DNA of 64,000 nucleotides from Candidatus Kuenenbacteria bacterium. Its GTDB lineage: Bacteria; Patescibacteriota; Patescibacteriia; UBA11705; JABHMO01. The stretch's first letter is position 1. The number at the start of each line of letters is the position of its first letter. A program made the translations under genes and the position numbers. The notes beneath the pieces are model-generated. The model saw only the letters and a list, made by a program, of their open reading frames with translations. It searched no databases and had not been told where the DNA came from. Location: positions 14,641 to 78,640 of the forward strand of contig JABMRF010000018.1 of NCBI GenBank assembly GCA_013202715.1. The letters are read 5' to 3'. Below, one piece after another: positions 35,181 to 44,471 of this stretch.

Positions 35181-35444
35181 TTCCATCTCTCAACTTCGTT
35201 CGAGATGTTCCACGTGGAACATTTCAGTTGTAATATATAAGATAAAAGGGAAAAGTATTGGTAAATTAGAGAACCTTAAGTGTCGTAAAATATTTGTTAT
35301 TACCCGTTTTTCTTCAATAACCAAATAATAGGTGAACAATTTCACCTATCAAGGACCCATTATCTATGTCGGCAATTCGTTACTTTTCCTCTTTTTTTCT
35401 GTTGCTTTTTTATAGCAACTTTTCTTTTTTTATTCATAGTGAAG

Positions 35445-35480
35445 ACGCGGATCCAGCGGATCAAACGCGGATTAAGCGAA
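35445..35480. repeat. family A word repeat (left-arm type)
   Basis: Sequence acgcggatccagcggatcaaacgcggattaagcgaa. Confidence 0.55.
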
Positions 35481-35554
35481 TTAATAAAATAGTTAAATGG
35501 CTTGCCATGAAGTTATGCGAATTCGAACAAAGTGAGAAATGAGCATATACTTCA

Positions 35555-35629
35555 TGGTACCCCCGGTAGGAGTCGAACCTACGTATCCGGCTTAGAAGGC
35601 CGGTGTTCTATCCGTTGAACTACAGGGGC
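35555..35629 (-). tRNA. tRNA-Arg (anticodon UCU)
   Basis: Cloverleaf: acceptor GCCCCTG/CGGGGGT, anticodon stem CCGGC/GCCGG with loop CTTCTAA, T-loop TTCGACT. CCA is encoded. Confidence 0.8.
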
Positions 35630-35881
35630 GGGATCAGCAATGAATAATTAACAATAAAGAATATCTAATTATTGAATTGTGTGTCAGAATTATAGCAAAT
35701 ACTACAAGAAAGTCAAACCATTAACTAATTTTACGATAAAAAAGAACCATCCGTAATGAGACTGACCCATGAAGCGGAGAGCGGCGGGGACGTCATGCGG
35801 GGGATTGCGGTTAAATGAAGGGTCAAGTAAACTGCTTGATAATGTGCACAGAACTGTGTCTGTATTTTATAGCATGAAAAG

Positions 35882-36748
35882 CTACTTCTCAAAATATTTT
35901 AGTGTCGAAGAAATGACCGAATACCCAAGTTTCTTTTTTATATTTTCAATTTTATCGCCTTTTTTAATTAAATTAATCGCATAAGTGTGACGCAATGTTT
36001 GAGGCGTTACTTTTTTTTCTATGTCTGCAACTTGCGCATATTTTTTTACAATTCTCTCCACACTACGAGGTGTTAATGCTTTTGGTTTTCGCGCGTGCAA
36101 CGCTCTATCGTGACCGATAAATAAATATTCGTTATCAACCTTTTTTCGAAATTTAATATATTGCTGTAGCCAATGTTTGGCTTGATTTGTTAAAGTAATT
36201 TTTCTTTTTGCGGACATTATTAAACCTTTTTTCAAATCTAAATCATGGATTGTCAACCTGGCAACTTCAGACACTTTGAGCCCTGTACAGTATAGTAATT
36301 CCAAAATTGCTCGGTCTCGTGCTTGAAATAATTTGTGTTGTTTGACTAATATAGGGGCGCCAAACAAGTCCTGAATCTCTGGCACTTCTAAATACTCGAC
36401 TTTTGTTTGTACCAGTCTTGGTAGTTTAACTTTTTTCGGAGAAAGACTGTTGATCTTTTCTGTTTCCAAATATTTTAAATAATTTCTAAGTGCAATTAAA
36501 TGATAGGTCTGGGTATTTAATTTTAATTTTGCTTTTTTGACGGAGCTTTCGATTTTATCCAGCCAGAGCCGATATCTTTTGACAACTTGCTCAGTAATTT
36601 TTTCCGGATCTGAAATCTTTTTCTTTTTTGCCCAACATGAAAACCGGCGCAAATAAAAATCGTAATTTCTAACTGTGCGTAGAGAACGTTTTTTCTTGTT
36701 TTCCAAATCTTCAAGAAAATCGGTGATTAATGTATTTATTGTTGCCAT
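35882..36748 (-). CDS. tyrosine site-specific recombinase (XerC/XerD/integrase family)
   Basis: N-terminal SAM-like domain. C-terminal catalytic region ..ARDRAILELLYCTGLKVSEV..H.LRHTYAINL...G....I...LGYS.ISSTLKYFE contains the R..HxxR..Y residues. Confidence 0.75.
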   Translation of the reverse strand: MATINTLITDFLEDLENKKKRSLRTVRNYDFYLRRFSCWAKKKKISDPEKITEQVVKRYRLWLDKIESSVKKAKLKLNTQTYHLIALRNYLKYLETEKINSLSPKKVKLPRLVQTKVEYLEVPEIQDLFGAPILVKQHKLFQARDRAILELLYCTGLKVSEVARLTIHDLDLKKGLIMSAKRKITLTNQAKHWLQQYIKFRKKVDNEYLFIGHDRALHARKPKALTPRSVERIVKKYAQVADIEKKVTPQTLRHTYAINLIKKGDKIENIKKKLGYSVISSTLKYFEK

Positions 36749-36994
36749 ATCTCTATCTACATTTTACGACACTAAAAACAATAACGCAAGCTCTTGCAAA
36801 ACTTTTAGATCTATGCTAGAATAAACAAGTTAAAAGTAAGAAAATGAAGGTTGATATTTGAGTCTTATTATACATATAATTAAAGGCTATACTATAAACT
36901 TTTACATTTTACCTATAAACTAACCCGCCTCTGTGGCTCTCGCTATTGAATATTCATAGAATACTCGGCCGGGCTGTGGAAAGCGACAAAAAAC

Positions 36995-37402
36995 ATGTTA
37001 ACAGCAAAGAAAAAGCAGGGGATTATCGGTAAATTTAAAACTCATGATACTGATACAGGCTCTGCTGAAGTTCAAATCGCGATTCTTACTGAAGAAATCA
37101 AGGATTTGACCAGACATCTTCAAGCACACAAGCACGATCATTCTTCTCGAAGAGGCTTATTGAAGAAAGTAGGGGAAAGACGAAGATTACTACGATACCT
37201 CGAAGTGGATAATCGTGAAAGTTATGCAAAACTGATTGTTGAGCTTAAATTAAAACCAAGCAACCGAACACAAAGAGAGGCGGCAATTAAAAAAGTTTTG
37301 GAAGAGGATGCAGCTGAAGAAAAAACTACAGTAGCACCAAAAACTGTCAGTGCTGATGCTCTAGGTGACAAAGAAAAAGAAACTAATGGAAACAATTCGT
37401 AA
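36995..37402 (+). CDS. rpsO: 30S ribosomal protein S15 with C-terminal extension
   Basis: Contains ..GS.E.QIA.LT..I..LT.HL..HKHD..SRRGLL..V..RR.LL.YL. Upstream of pnp in the canonical operon. Confidence 0.85.
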   Translation: MLTAKKKQGIIGKFKTHDTDTGSAEVQIAILTEEIKDLTRHLQAHKHDHSSRRGLLKKVGERRRLLRYLEVDNRESYAKLIVELKLKPSNRTQREAAIKKVLEEDAAEEKTTVAPKTVSADALGDKEKETNGNNS

Positions 37403-37555
37403 TATAATACTCGGAAGCAGCCTTTATTATTCTGGCTGCTTTTTGAAAAAATAGATAATTAATTAAAAAAATAGTAATGCTGGTCATCAGATTTGTAGAT
37501 TTCTTTATAAATTTTATAAAAGAGATCTGTTATTTGATGACCAGAAACAAAATGT

Positions 37556-39706
37556 ATGAACAAAGTTCACACTTTCGAGACTGAGTTTGCCGGAAAAAAA
37601 CTTATTGTAAAATCCGGTGACTTGGCTCAACAAGCCAATGGTAGCTGTACCGTGCAATACGGAGACACAGTTGTTATGGCCACCGCTGTAATGAACAGCG
37701 AAGCTTCTGAAGGAGCATCTTACTTTCCTCTCATGGTTGAGTATTCTGAAAAACTATACGCAGCCGGAAGAATCAAAGGGTCGCGCTTTATTAAAAGGGA
37801 AACACGTCCTAGTGACGAAGCTGTTTTAGTCGCCCGAGTAATTGATCGTGGACTGCGCCCATTATTTGATCAATCAATTCGAAGAGCAATACAGGTAATT
37901 ATAACTGTACTTGCCATTGATGAAGAAAATGATCCAGATATTCCGGCAATCATTGGAGCTTCAATTGCCCTGCACATTTCTGACATCCCACTAAAAGCGC
38001 CGATCGCTGGAGTTAGAGTTGGAAAAATTGAAAACGAATGGGTAATCAACCCAACCTACGCCGAAAGAGAAAAATCAATTCTTGACCTTACTCTCTCAAC
38101 CACCGCCGACAAAGTTATTATGGTTGAATCAGACGCAAATGAAGTAGATGAAAAAACTGCTTTTGAAGCATTTGAGCTAGGGCTAAAGGAAGGAACAAAG
38201 ATTGTTAGCTTTATAGAAGATATTAGAAAAAAAATCGGTAAAGAAAAAACTGTAATTTCCCCTGTCGATGTTTCACTCGAAGATTTGGACGAAAATCAAA
38301 AAATGGGTCTTGATGAATTGAACAAACTGCAAGAAGAATGTAAACAAATTGCAGAAAAAGAACTGGAAAACTATTTATTCAATATCCCAAAGGGAAGCAA
38401 GGGTGAGAGAAGGAAAACTCTACACAACGTAAAGGATATTATTGAAAAACATTTACTTGAAAAACAGGTTGGAAAAGACAGACGTAAAAAGGTCATGGAA
38501 TTTTTCGATGCTTTTATCGATGAACAAATTACCAAAGCATTAATTGAACGAGAACAAAGAGTTGATGCCAGAAAACTGACAGATATTCGAGAATTAAGCT
38601 GCCAAGTCGGAATTTTACCACGAGTTCACGGTACAGGTTTATTCAACCGCGGTGAAACTCAGGTATTATCAATAGTAACCCTGGGCTCTCCCGGAGATGA
38701 ACAGATTATTGATGAAATGGAAACCGTTGGTAAGAAAAGATACATGCATCATTACAATTTTCCTCCATTTTCAGTTGGTGAAGCCTCATTTATGCGTGGT
38801 GCCAGCAGACGAGATATTGGTCATGGCGCATTAGCTGAAAAAGCTATTATGCCAATGCTTCCAAGCAAGGAAGACTTCCCATATACAATCCGAGTTGTGT
38901 CAGAAGTTCTTGGTTCAAATGGTTCGAGCTCAATGGGCGCAACCTGTGGATCAACTTTGGCACTGATGGACGCCGGTGTGCCAATCAAAAAACCGGTAGC
39001 CGGAATTGCCATGGGACTTGCTTCATCTGACAAACACAAGGAATTCAAAATCCTTACCGACATTCAAGATCTAGAAGATGGCGCCGGTGGAATGGATTTC
39101 AAAATGACCGGAACCCGTGATGGACTTACTGCCATTCAAATGGACACAAAAACTGATGGCTTAACATTAGAAATAATTGAAAAAGCGTTAGCGCAAGGAA
39201 GAATTGCTCTAAATGAAATTCTTGATGTAATTGCCAAGACACTTTCGGCTCCAAGAGCAGACCTTTCGAAGCATGCGCCACGAATTGAAACTATCAAGAT
39301 TCATGTTGATAAGATTAGAGAAGTAATCGGGCCTGGCGGAAAGGTTATTAACAAGATCATTGAAGAAACCGGCGTAGCAATTGACATAGAAGAAGATGGT
39401 AGTGTATTTGTCACTTCAACTTCATCTGAAGGAATGGAACAGGCTAAACAAATGATCAAAGATATCGTACAGGAAGCTGAAATGGACAAAGTATACAACG
39501 GAAAGGTAATCAAGATCATGGACTTCGGCGCTTTCATTGAAATCTTCCCTGGAACTGAGGGAATGTGCCACATTTCTGAAATCACTAACGAAGGAAGAGT
39601 AGATGATGTAAACAAACACTTGAAAGAAGGACAAGAAGTCAAAGTTAGAGTCATTAAAATTGATTCAGCTAGTGGCAAGATTGGACTTTCAATCAAAAAG
39701 GTTTAA
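37556..39706 (+). CDS. pnp: polynucleotide phosphorylase
   Basis: Two RNase PH domains, then KH and S1 domains at the C-terminus. 716 aa. Confidence 0.95.
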   Translation: MNKVHTFETEFAGKKLIVKSGDLAQQANGSCTVQYGDTVVMATAVMNSEASEGASYFPLMVEYSEKLYAAGRIKGSRFIKRETRPSDEAVLVARVIDRGLRPLFDQSIRRAIQVIITVLAIDEENDPDIPAIIGASIALHISDIPLKAPIAGVRVGKIENEWVINPTYAEREKSILDLTLSTTADKVIMVESDANEVDEKTAFEAFELGLKEGTKIVSFIEDIRKKIGKEKTVISPVDVSLEDLDENQKMGLDELNKLQEECKQIAEKELENYLFNIPKGSKGERRKTLHNVKDIIEKHLLEKQVGKDRRKKVMEFFDAFIDEQITKALIEREQRVDARKLTDIRELSCQVGILPRVHGTGLFNRGETQVLSIVTLGSPGDEQIIDEMETVGKKRYMHHYNFPPFSVGEASFMRGASRRDIGHGALAEKAIMPMLPSKEDFPYTIRVVSEVLGSNGSSSMGATCGSTLALMDAGVPIKKPVAGIAMGLASSDKHKEFKILTDIQDLEDGAGGMDFKMTGTRDGLTAIQMDTKTDGLTLEIIEKALAQGRIALNEILDVIAKTLSAPRADLSKHAPRIETIKIHVDKIREVIGPGGKVINKIIEETGVAIDIEEDGSVFVTSTSSEGMEQAKQMIKDIVQEAEMDKVYNGKVIKIMDFGAFIEIFPGTEGMCHISEITNEGRVDDVNKHLKEGQEVKVRVIKIDSASGKIGLSIKKV

Positions 39707-39724
39707 CAAAGAATTGAAATATAA

Positions 39725-39760
39725 AAATCAGACCTTTCGACAAGCTCAAGGTCTGATTTT
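39725..39760 (+). terminator. intrinsic terminator after pnp
   Basis: Sequence aaaaatcagacctttcgacaagctcaaggtctgatttt. Confidence 0.55.
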
Positions 39761-39857
39761 GGTTTAAAAAAGAAAAACCGCCACACTTGAGGTAGCGGAT
39801 TGTTTGTTTGTCAGGCTGGCCAGCAAACAGCTGAAACTAGACGGCCTTTTTTATTGC

Positions 39858-40253
39858 TTACGCTTCTTCCATGAGATCAGCGCTGAGAAAATCTCCAACC
39901 TTGTACGCGGTTTCGTCAACCAATTCAGTACCGTAATTAGTCGCCGCAATAACAAAGCCGGATTGATCCCCGTTATACGTTGCGATAATCGGAAAATCAA
40001 CCAGAGAATCAATCACGATCTTCATAGTTGAATCAGGAACCGTTCCAATCACCAAAACCAAGTCTTGGATAAAAGAACTTGAGGCAAGTTCCTCCATCAC
40101 TTCTCGGGCCGTAGCATTGATCTGTTCTTCTGAAATCCCAAAGCCTACGCCGACCTGTAATAGCTCGGCCTTCATTGAATTGAAATAAACCATATCCCTG
40201 TTTGCCACAAAATGAAAACTTCTTTCCAAGTTCATGAGATGCTCCTTTTGCAA
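39858..40253 (-). CDS. hypothetical protein (131 aa)
   Basis: Promoter TTGACA-17-TATACT at rc 40300-40335. No recognisable domain. Confidence 0.4.
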   Translation of the reverse strand: MQKEHLMNLERSFHFVANRDMVYFNSMKAELLQVGVGFGISEEQINATAREVMEELASSSFIQDLVLVIGTVPDSTMKIVIDSLVDFPIIATYNGDQSGFVIAATNYGTELVDETAYKVGDFLSADLMEEA

Positions 40254-40453
40254 ATAGTTGTAAAGACCACTTCAAATCAACAAAATAGTATATCAAAAAA
40301 CTATAACTTTGTCAATACCGGCCTTTTTTCATTGAAAAAATAATGAATTTGAGTTAGAATGCTAACATAGAACATGGAACATGAAGCATGAAACAACATT
40401 TATCCAGTTGCTCTATGGTCTATGAATAATGCTATATTAATAATAAATTATTT

Positions 40454-40879
40454 ATGAAAAACAAAAAACTTTTACCGTCACTTTTTTATTCAATGCTGGG
40501 AATTTTTATTTTCCTTGTGCTTTATTTTGTAACTCCTTTTACCAGGGAAGTAATGCAAAATATTTTTTGGGTAATAGCAATACTTGGTGGAGTCTTTTTT
40601 ATAATGGGAATACTGCTGATTGTTTTCACGGTTAAACAAAAGATCAAGGGTAAACAGAAAGTATTTCTAATTTTAACCGGAGCGTCAGCTGTTGGTGTCT
40701 TGGTTTTTTCAATTTTGCATAATTTAGTTTACGGACTTTTGATTTTCTTATTTAATGAAAACATCTGGGATAAACTTGGTGGGGAAGAGCCTTTCTTTTT
40801 CATTTTAGCGATATTAGTTTGTCCTGTTGTATTTTTGGTTGGAGTGGTGGGAAGTATTGTTGGTTTTGTTAGAAAATAA
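40454..40879 (+). CDS. small membrane protein (four TM helices)
   Basis: Hydrophobic ORF. The upstream region contains gaacatggaacatgaagcatgaaac words. Confidence 0.4.
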   Translation: MKNKKLLPSLFYSMLGIFIFLVLYFVTPFTREVMQNIFWVIAILGGVFFIMGILLIVFTVKQKIKGKQKVFLILTGASAVGVLVFSILHNLVYGLLIFLFNENIWDKLGGEEPFFFILAILVCPVVFLVGVVGSIVGFVRK

Positions 40880-40956
40880 AATTCCTCCTTTGCTTAATCT
40901 CATTTATTTTGCGAAAATAATACCAACCTTCAAACCCTTTTAACCCCTTTTCCCCC

Positions 40957-42222
40957 ATGGGACACATTACCTCCAAATCGTTTCTAAAACTTCAAAAACG
41001 CCTGGACATGAGCGCTCAGGGAGCGCCTGAATCAGAGGCGCTATTTAAGATACTGGAAATTTTATTCACAAAAGACGAAGCGGAAAAGGTTTCTTTGCTT
41101 CCGATTAAACCCTTTTCAGTCGAAACCGCAGCAAAGCGCTGGAAGACTTCAAATGAATCAGCAAAAAAAACTCTAAATGATTTAGCTGACAAAGGGATTT
41201 TGTTTGACATTGAAAACAAAGGGAAACAAACTTACACAATGGCACCGACCATGGCCGGATTTTTTGAATTTTCTTTGATGCGAACTGACGGAAAGTTTGA
41301 CCGCAAAGTTTTATCTGAGCTATATTATCAATACATTAATGTTGAAAAGGATTTTGTCGACCAAACCATGGACCAAAGAACTTCTATGGCTCGAACTCTT
41401 GTCCATGAGACGAGTGTTGATGAAAAATCCTTTATTTTGGATTATGAAAAAGCGAGCGAAGTGGTTGACACTGCAAGTTGTCACGCAGTTGGCACCTGTT
41501 ATTGTCGACATAAAATGGAACACGTTGGCAAAGCGTGCGATGCACCACAAAATGTTTGTCTGACTTTCAATAGTGCGGCTAGAACATTAACAAAACACGG
41601 CATTGCTAAAAAAATCTCCAGAAAAGAATCACAAAAAATTCTGGATGAGTGTGTTGACTACGGCCTGGTTCAGATTGGTGACAATACGCAAAAGGGAGTG
41701 GGCTGGATTTGCAACTGTTGCGGTTGTTGCTGTGAAGCGATTTTGGCTTACAAACAAATTGGTGACTACGAAAGATTAAGTAGCAGTTTCTTTGCTGAAT
41801 TTGATTCGAAAAAATGTACCGGTTGCGGACTTTGTGCAAAAAAATGTCCAGTTGAGGCAATTCAAATCAAAAACAAGAAAGCAAAAATTGATTTATCCAA
41901 ATGCCTGGGCTGTGGAGTTTGTCATCGGTTTTGTAATTTTAAGGCAATTAAAATAAAAAGGCGGGGCAAGACCGCCTTTGTACCAAAAGATACTTTTGAA
42001 AGGTGTCTTTTGAACGCCATTGAAAAAGGAAAACTGCAAAACTATATTTTTGATAATTACGATCTCTGGACAAATGAACTACTCAGACATCTTCTTGGTA
42101 TTTTACTAAAATTAAGTCCAGCAAAATTCTTGGTTGCAAATGAGCAGTTGCGATCAAGGTTTTTGAATGCTCTTAAGAAAGCAGGGAACACAAAAATCTT
42201 CAAAAAACTTTATAAGAAATAG
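40957..42222 (+). CDS. 4Fe-4S dicluster ferredoxin-domain protein with an additional Cys-rich cluster
   Basis: Two C-x2-C-x2-C-x3-CP motifs (CTGCGLCAKKCP, CLGCGVCHRFC) plus CNCCGCCCE. Start is uncertain. Confidence 0.55.
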   Translation: MGHITSKSFLKLQKRLDMSAQGAPESEALFKILEILFTKDEAEKVSLLPIKPFSVETAAKRWKTSNESAKKTLNDLADKGILFDIENKGKQTYTMAPTMAGFFEFSLMRTDGKFDRKVLSELYYQYINVEKDFVDQTMDQRTSMARTLVHETSVDEKSFILDYEKASEVVDTASCHAVGTCYCRHKMEHVGKACDAPQNVCLTFNSAARTLTKHGIAKKISRKESQKILDECVDYGLVQIGDNTQKGVGWICNCCGCCCEAILAYKQIGDYERLSSSFFAEFDSKKCTGCGLCAKKCPVEAIQIKNKKAKIDLSKCLGCGVCHRFCNFKAIKIKRRGKTAFVPKDTFERCLLNAIEKGKLQNYIFDNYDLWTNELLRHLLGILLKLSPAKFLVANEQLRSRFLNALKKAGNTKIFKKLYKK

Positions 42223-42311
42223 AAAATAACAACTAATCACAGAAATAACCTAATTGACATAGTCCAATCGCTTTGATAAAGTTCGTTTGAGAAGGGCTCG
42301 TTAACAATCTG

Positions 42312-42368
42312 ACCTCTCGGCTACGCCTGCCTACCGCAGGCAGGCTCGAGGTCTACGAGGAGGGAAAA
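42312..42368 (+). promoter_or_regulatory. conserved 5'-UTR element upstream of 42369
   Basis: Sequence cctctcggctacgcctgcctaccgcaggcaggctcgaggtctacgaggagggaaaaATG, with hairpin gcctgcctacc/ggcaggc. Confidence 0.5.
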
Positions 42369-43310
42369 ATGAAAAAAGACTGGAAGAAAGTTGGAATCGC
42401 TTGTTTTGCCGGCGCAGTAACATTTTACCTACTGGCAATACTTCTGGCACCGGCATTCAAAATCCTCAGTCTCTTTGGCGGGCTGGCCGCCGGATACGTG
42501 GGATTTGAGTTCAAGGAATTTATACGCGCTATTCCGAAAGCGTTTTTGGAATCGATGGGTAGCGCCAAAGGCGCGCTGATACGATTTGGCAAATGGCTTC
42601 ATCAATCAGACCCTTTTGATTTGTACCCGTCCATAATTGGCCTAATAGCGTCTGCTTTTATTTCACCATGGTGTTGCTATATCACTATCACTATGGATAA
42701 TGGAGCAAGCCTCACACTAACAAAGACCATTTTATGGTGCGCGTTCGTTGTCTTCATAGTAACGTTGTTCACTACCGGTATTATCTGCCTCACGCTAAGT
42801 AGCTTAATGAAGTTTTTAGCAAGCTACGGCGCGAAAATGGAAGAATTCCACATATTTCCTATGTATGAAAGTTTTACTCAAGACACAAGAGATAAAATAA
42901 TCGCCAACTATGAAGAGAGAGGGTACACGAAAGGAAAAATCTCACACAGGAATGTTTACCACTGGATGGCGTTGGCGGTCAAAGATATTTCCTGGACGAT
43001 TTTCGCCTGGACATTCTGGCGTCTTTGGATAAATATCGCCATGATCATCGGGTGGCTCATTGCCTTTGCTTACAACTTCAGCCTGAACATGATCAAATAT
43101 GTTCATTCGAGGGAACGCGTGCTATGCGCGCTGGACGGGACGCTCGGCGGACTGCTTGCCTGGACACACTTGTCATCTGTCGCGAGCGGTGCAGTAGAAC
43201 AACTGTTTGTGGCCTGCATTGGCGGATTTCTTGGCGCTCTGATTGGCATTGCCAATTATGAACTGTTGTCCGTCAGGTATTGGAAATTTTATTTGAAAAG
43301 TAACGTATAA
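42369..43310 (+). CDS. polytopic membrane protein, hypothetical
   Basis: 313 aa with at least 7 TM helices. Confidence 0.45.
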   Translation: MKKDWKKVGIACFAGAVTFYLLAILLAPAFKILSLFGGLAAGYVGFEFKEFIRAIPKAFLESMGSAKGALIRFGKWLHQSDPFDLYPSIIGLIASAFISPWCCYITITMDNGASLTLTKTILWCAFVVFIVTLFTTGIICLTLSSLMKFLASYGAKMEEFHIFPMYESFTQDTRDKIIANYEERGYTKGKISHRNVYHWMALAVKDISWTIFAWTFWRLWINIAMIIGWLIAFAYNFSLNMIKYVHSRERVLCALDGTLGGLLAWTHLSSVASGAVEQLFVACIGGFLGALIGIANYELLSVRYWKFYLKSNV

Positions 43311-43395
43311 AAAACAACCCCTAATCAGCTTTGATTGGGGGTATTTTATTTTAAAAAAACCGCTGAATTTGATCAGTCGGTTTTTAGTTATACTT

Positions 43396-43674
43396 TTACA
43401 CTTCTACTTGTCCCTGTATTGCTCCTCGCAATGTTGGCATAGCATTGTTATTTCTACGGACAAAAACATCTCCAACTGCCCAGCGGATGCAGTCCGGATT
43501 GTCACAGCAGCGCAAAAAAAACAAATCATCGCACACGGCTTCGTGAACTGCAGTGCCTTTACACGTACTGATCTTTCCCCAGTTGCCAGCCAGACAATCA
43601 GTTTTTCCTCCTGGCTCGTAGTTTTGAATTTTTACAGGTGAATCCTGAAAATGGCTTTGACTCAATTCCGTCAT
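43396..43674 (-). CDS. small cysteine-rich protein (7 Cys), hypothetical
   Basis: RBS aaggagg lies 5 nt before the ATG (MTELSQ..). Confidence 0.45.
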   Translation of the reverse strand: MTELSQSHFQDSPVKIQNYEPGGKTDCLAGNWGKISTCKGTAVHEAVCDDLFFLRCCDNPDCIRWAVGDVFVRRNNNAMPTLRGAIQGQVEV

Positions 43675-43744
43675 TATCGCCTCCTTGTAAAATGCCGCCA
43701 CTGAATTCAATAATATCTTAATCTAAAACCTTACAACTGTCAAC

Positions 43745-43782
43745 AACAAAACAGCCGTCCCATAACCGGCTGTTTTGTGTTT
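43745..43782. terminator. intrinsic terminator
   Basis: Sequence aaaacagccgtcccataaccggctgttttgtgttt. Confidence 0.5.
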
Positions 43783-44010
43783 ATGAATTATTCTATTCAA
43801 GCTAGCTTTAAAAAAGAAAACAAAAAATGCTCAATTCAAGAGCATCACATCACTGCGATTAAGATTAGTTAAATGCAATCTAGCACGACAAGCCATATTA
43901 TTTTTTATTATTTTACTGAACATATAAATATAGCATGTATATAAATACTTGTCAAGCTTATATCAAAAAAAACTGCTGATCATGGTCAGCAGTTGCAATT
44001 CTTCGGACAA

Positions 44011-44175
44011 TTACCAGCCTCCGCCGGCATGGAGATCAGCCAGATGCTGGGACTTTGATACGAAAAAGGGACAATCTACGCAGTGAATTCCATCATCATC
44101 CTTGGTGGTCCGTAAATGATACAGACCTGTTTTACAACCCAGGAGCTGAATGCATTTCATGAAAAACTTTTTCAT
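44011..44175 (-). CDS. small CxxC protein (54 aa), hypothetical
   Basis: RBS ggagga lies 8 nt before the ATG. Sequence MKKFFMKCIQLLGCKTGLYHL...CVDCPFF.. Translationally coupled to the upstream small membrane ORF. Confidence 0.35.
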   Translation of the reverse strand: MKKFFMKCIQLLGCKTGLYHLRTTKDDDGIHCVDCPFFVSKSQHLADLHAGGGW

Positions 44176-44178
44176 TTG

Positions 44179-44346
44179 TTATCCTCCGGTAACCCAGTGA
44201 TAGATAAGAATCAATACTGAAGCAATCAAACCAATAAAAAAAACCATCCTTGAGTTTCTTTTTCTTATCCTTTTTTGAAACAAAGAAAACCGGGATAAAC
44301 CACCCACAAATCCGCCAAATATCATCATCCAGTCGGAACCTTCCAT
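44179..44346 (-). CDS. small membrane protein (about 55 aa), hypothetical
   Basis: RBS aggag before ATG. Sequence MEGSDWMMIFGGFVGGLSRF...IGLIASVLILIYHWV. The 88-aa ORF 44132..44398 in the track sits in a different frame and looks spurious. Confidence 0.35.
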   Translation of the reverse strand: MEGSDWMMIFGGFVGGLSRFSLFQKRIRKRNSRMVFFIGLIASVLILIYHWVTGG

Positions 44347-44471
44347 ATCTTTCTCCTCTTCTTGAACTAATTTTAAACTCTAGATAAGAATATAGCAAAT
44401 TTACAAAAATTTGTCAATGATGAACACAAGGCGCAATTGAACTTTCAATTAATTTACTGTAGAATACTAGT

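Noticed and set aside
34996-36748. tRNA-Arg-integrated genomic island carrying the integrase
   Set aside because: The recombinase lies on the 5' side of the tRNA. Classical islands place it at the 3' side. No direct repeat of the tRNA 3' end was found nearby. The hypothesis is kept only as a low-interest finding.
44132-44398. 88-aa K-rich ORF
   Set aside because: Low-complexity translation of an A-rich segment. Two RBS-preceded small ORFs in another frame explain the locus better.
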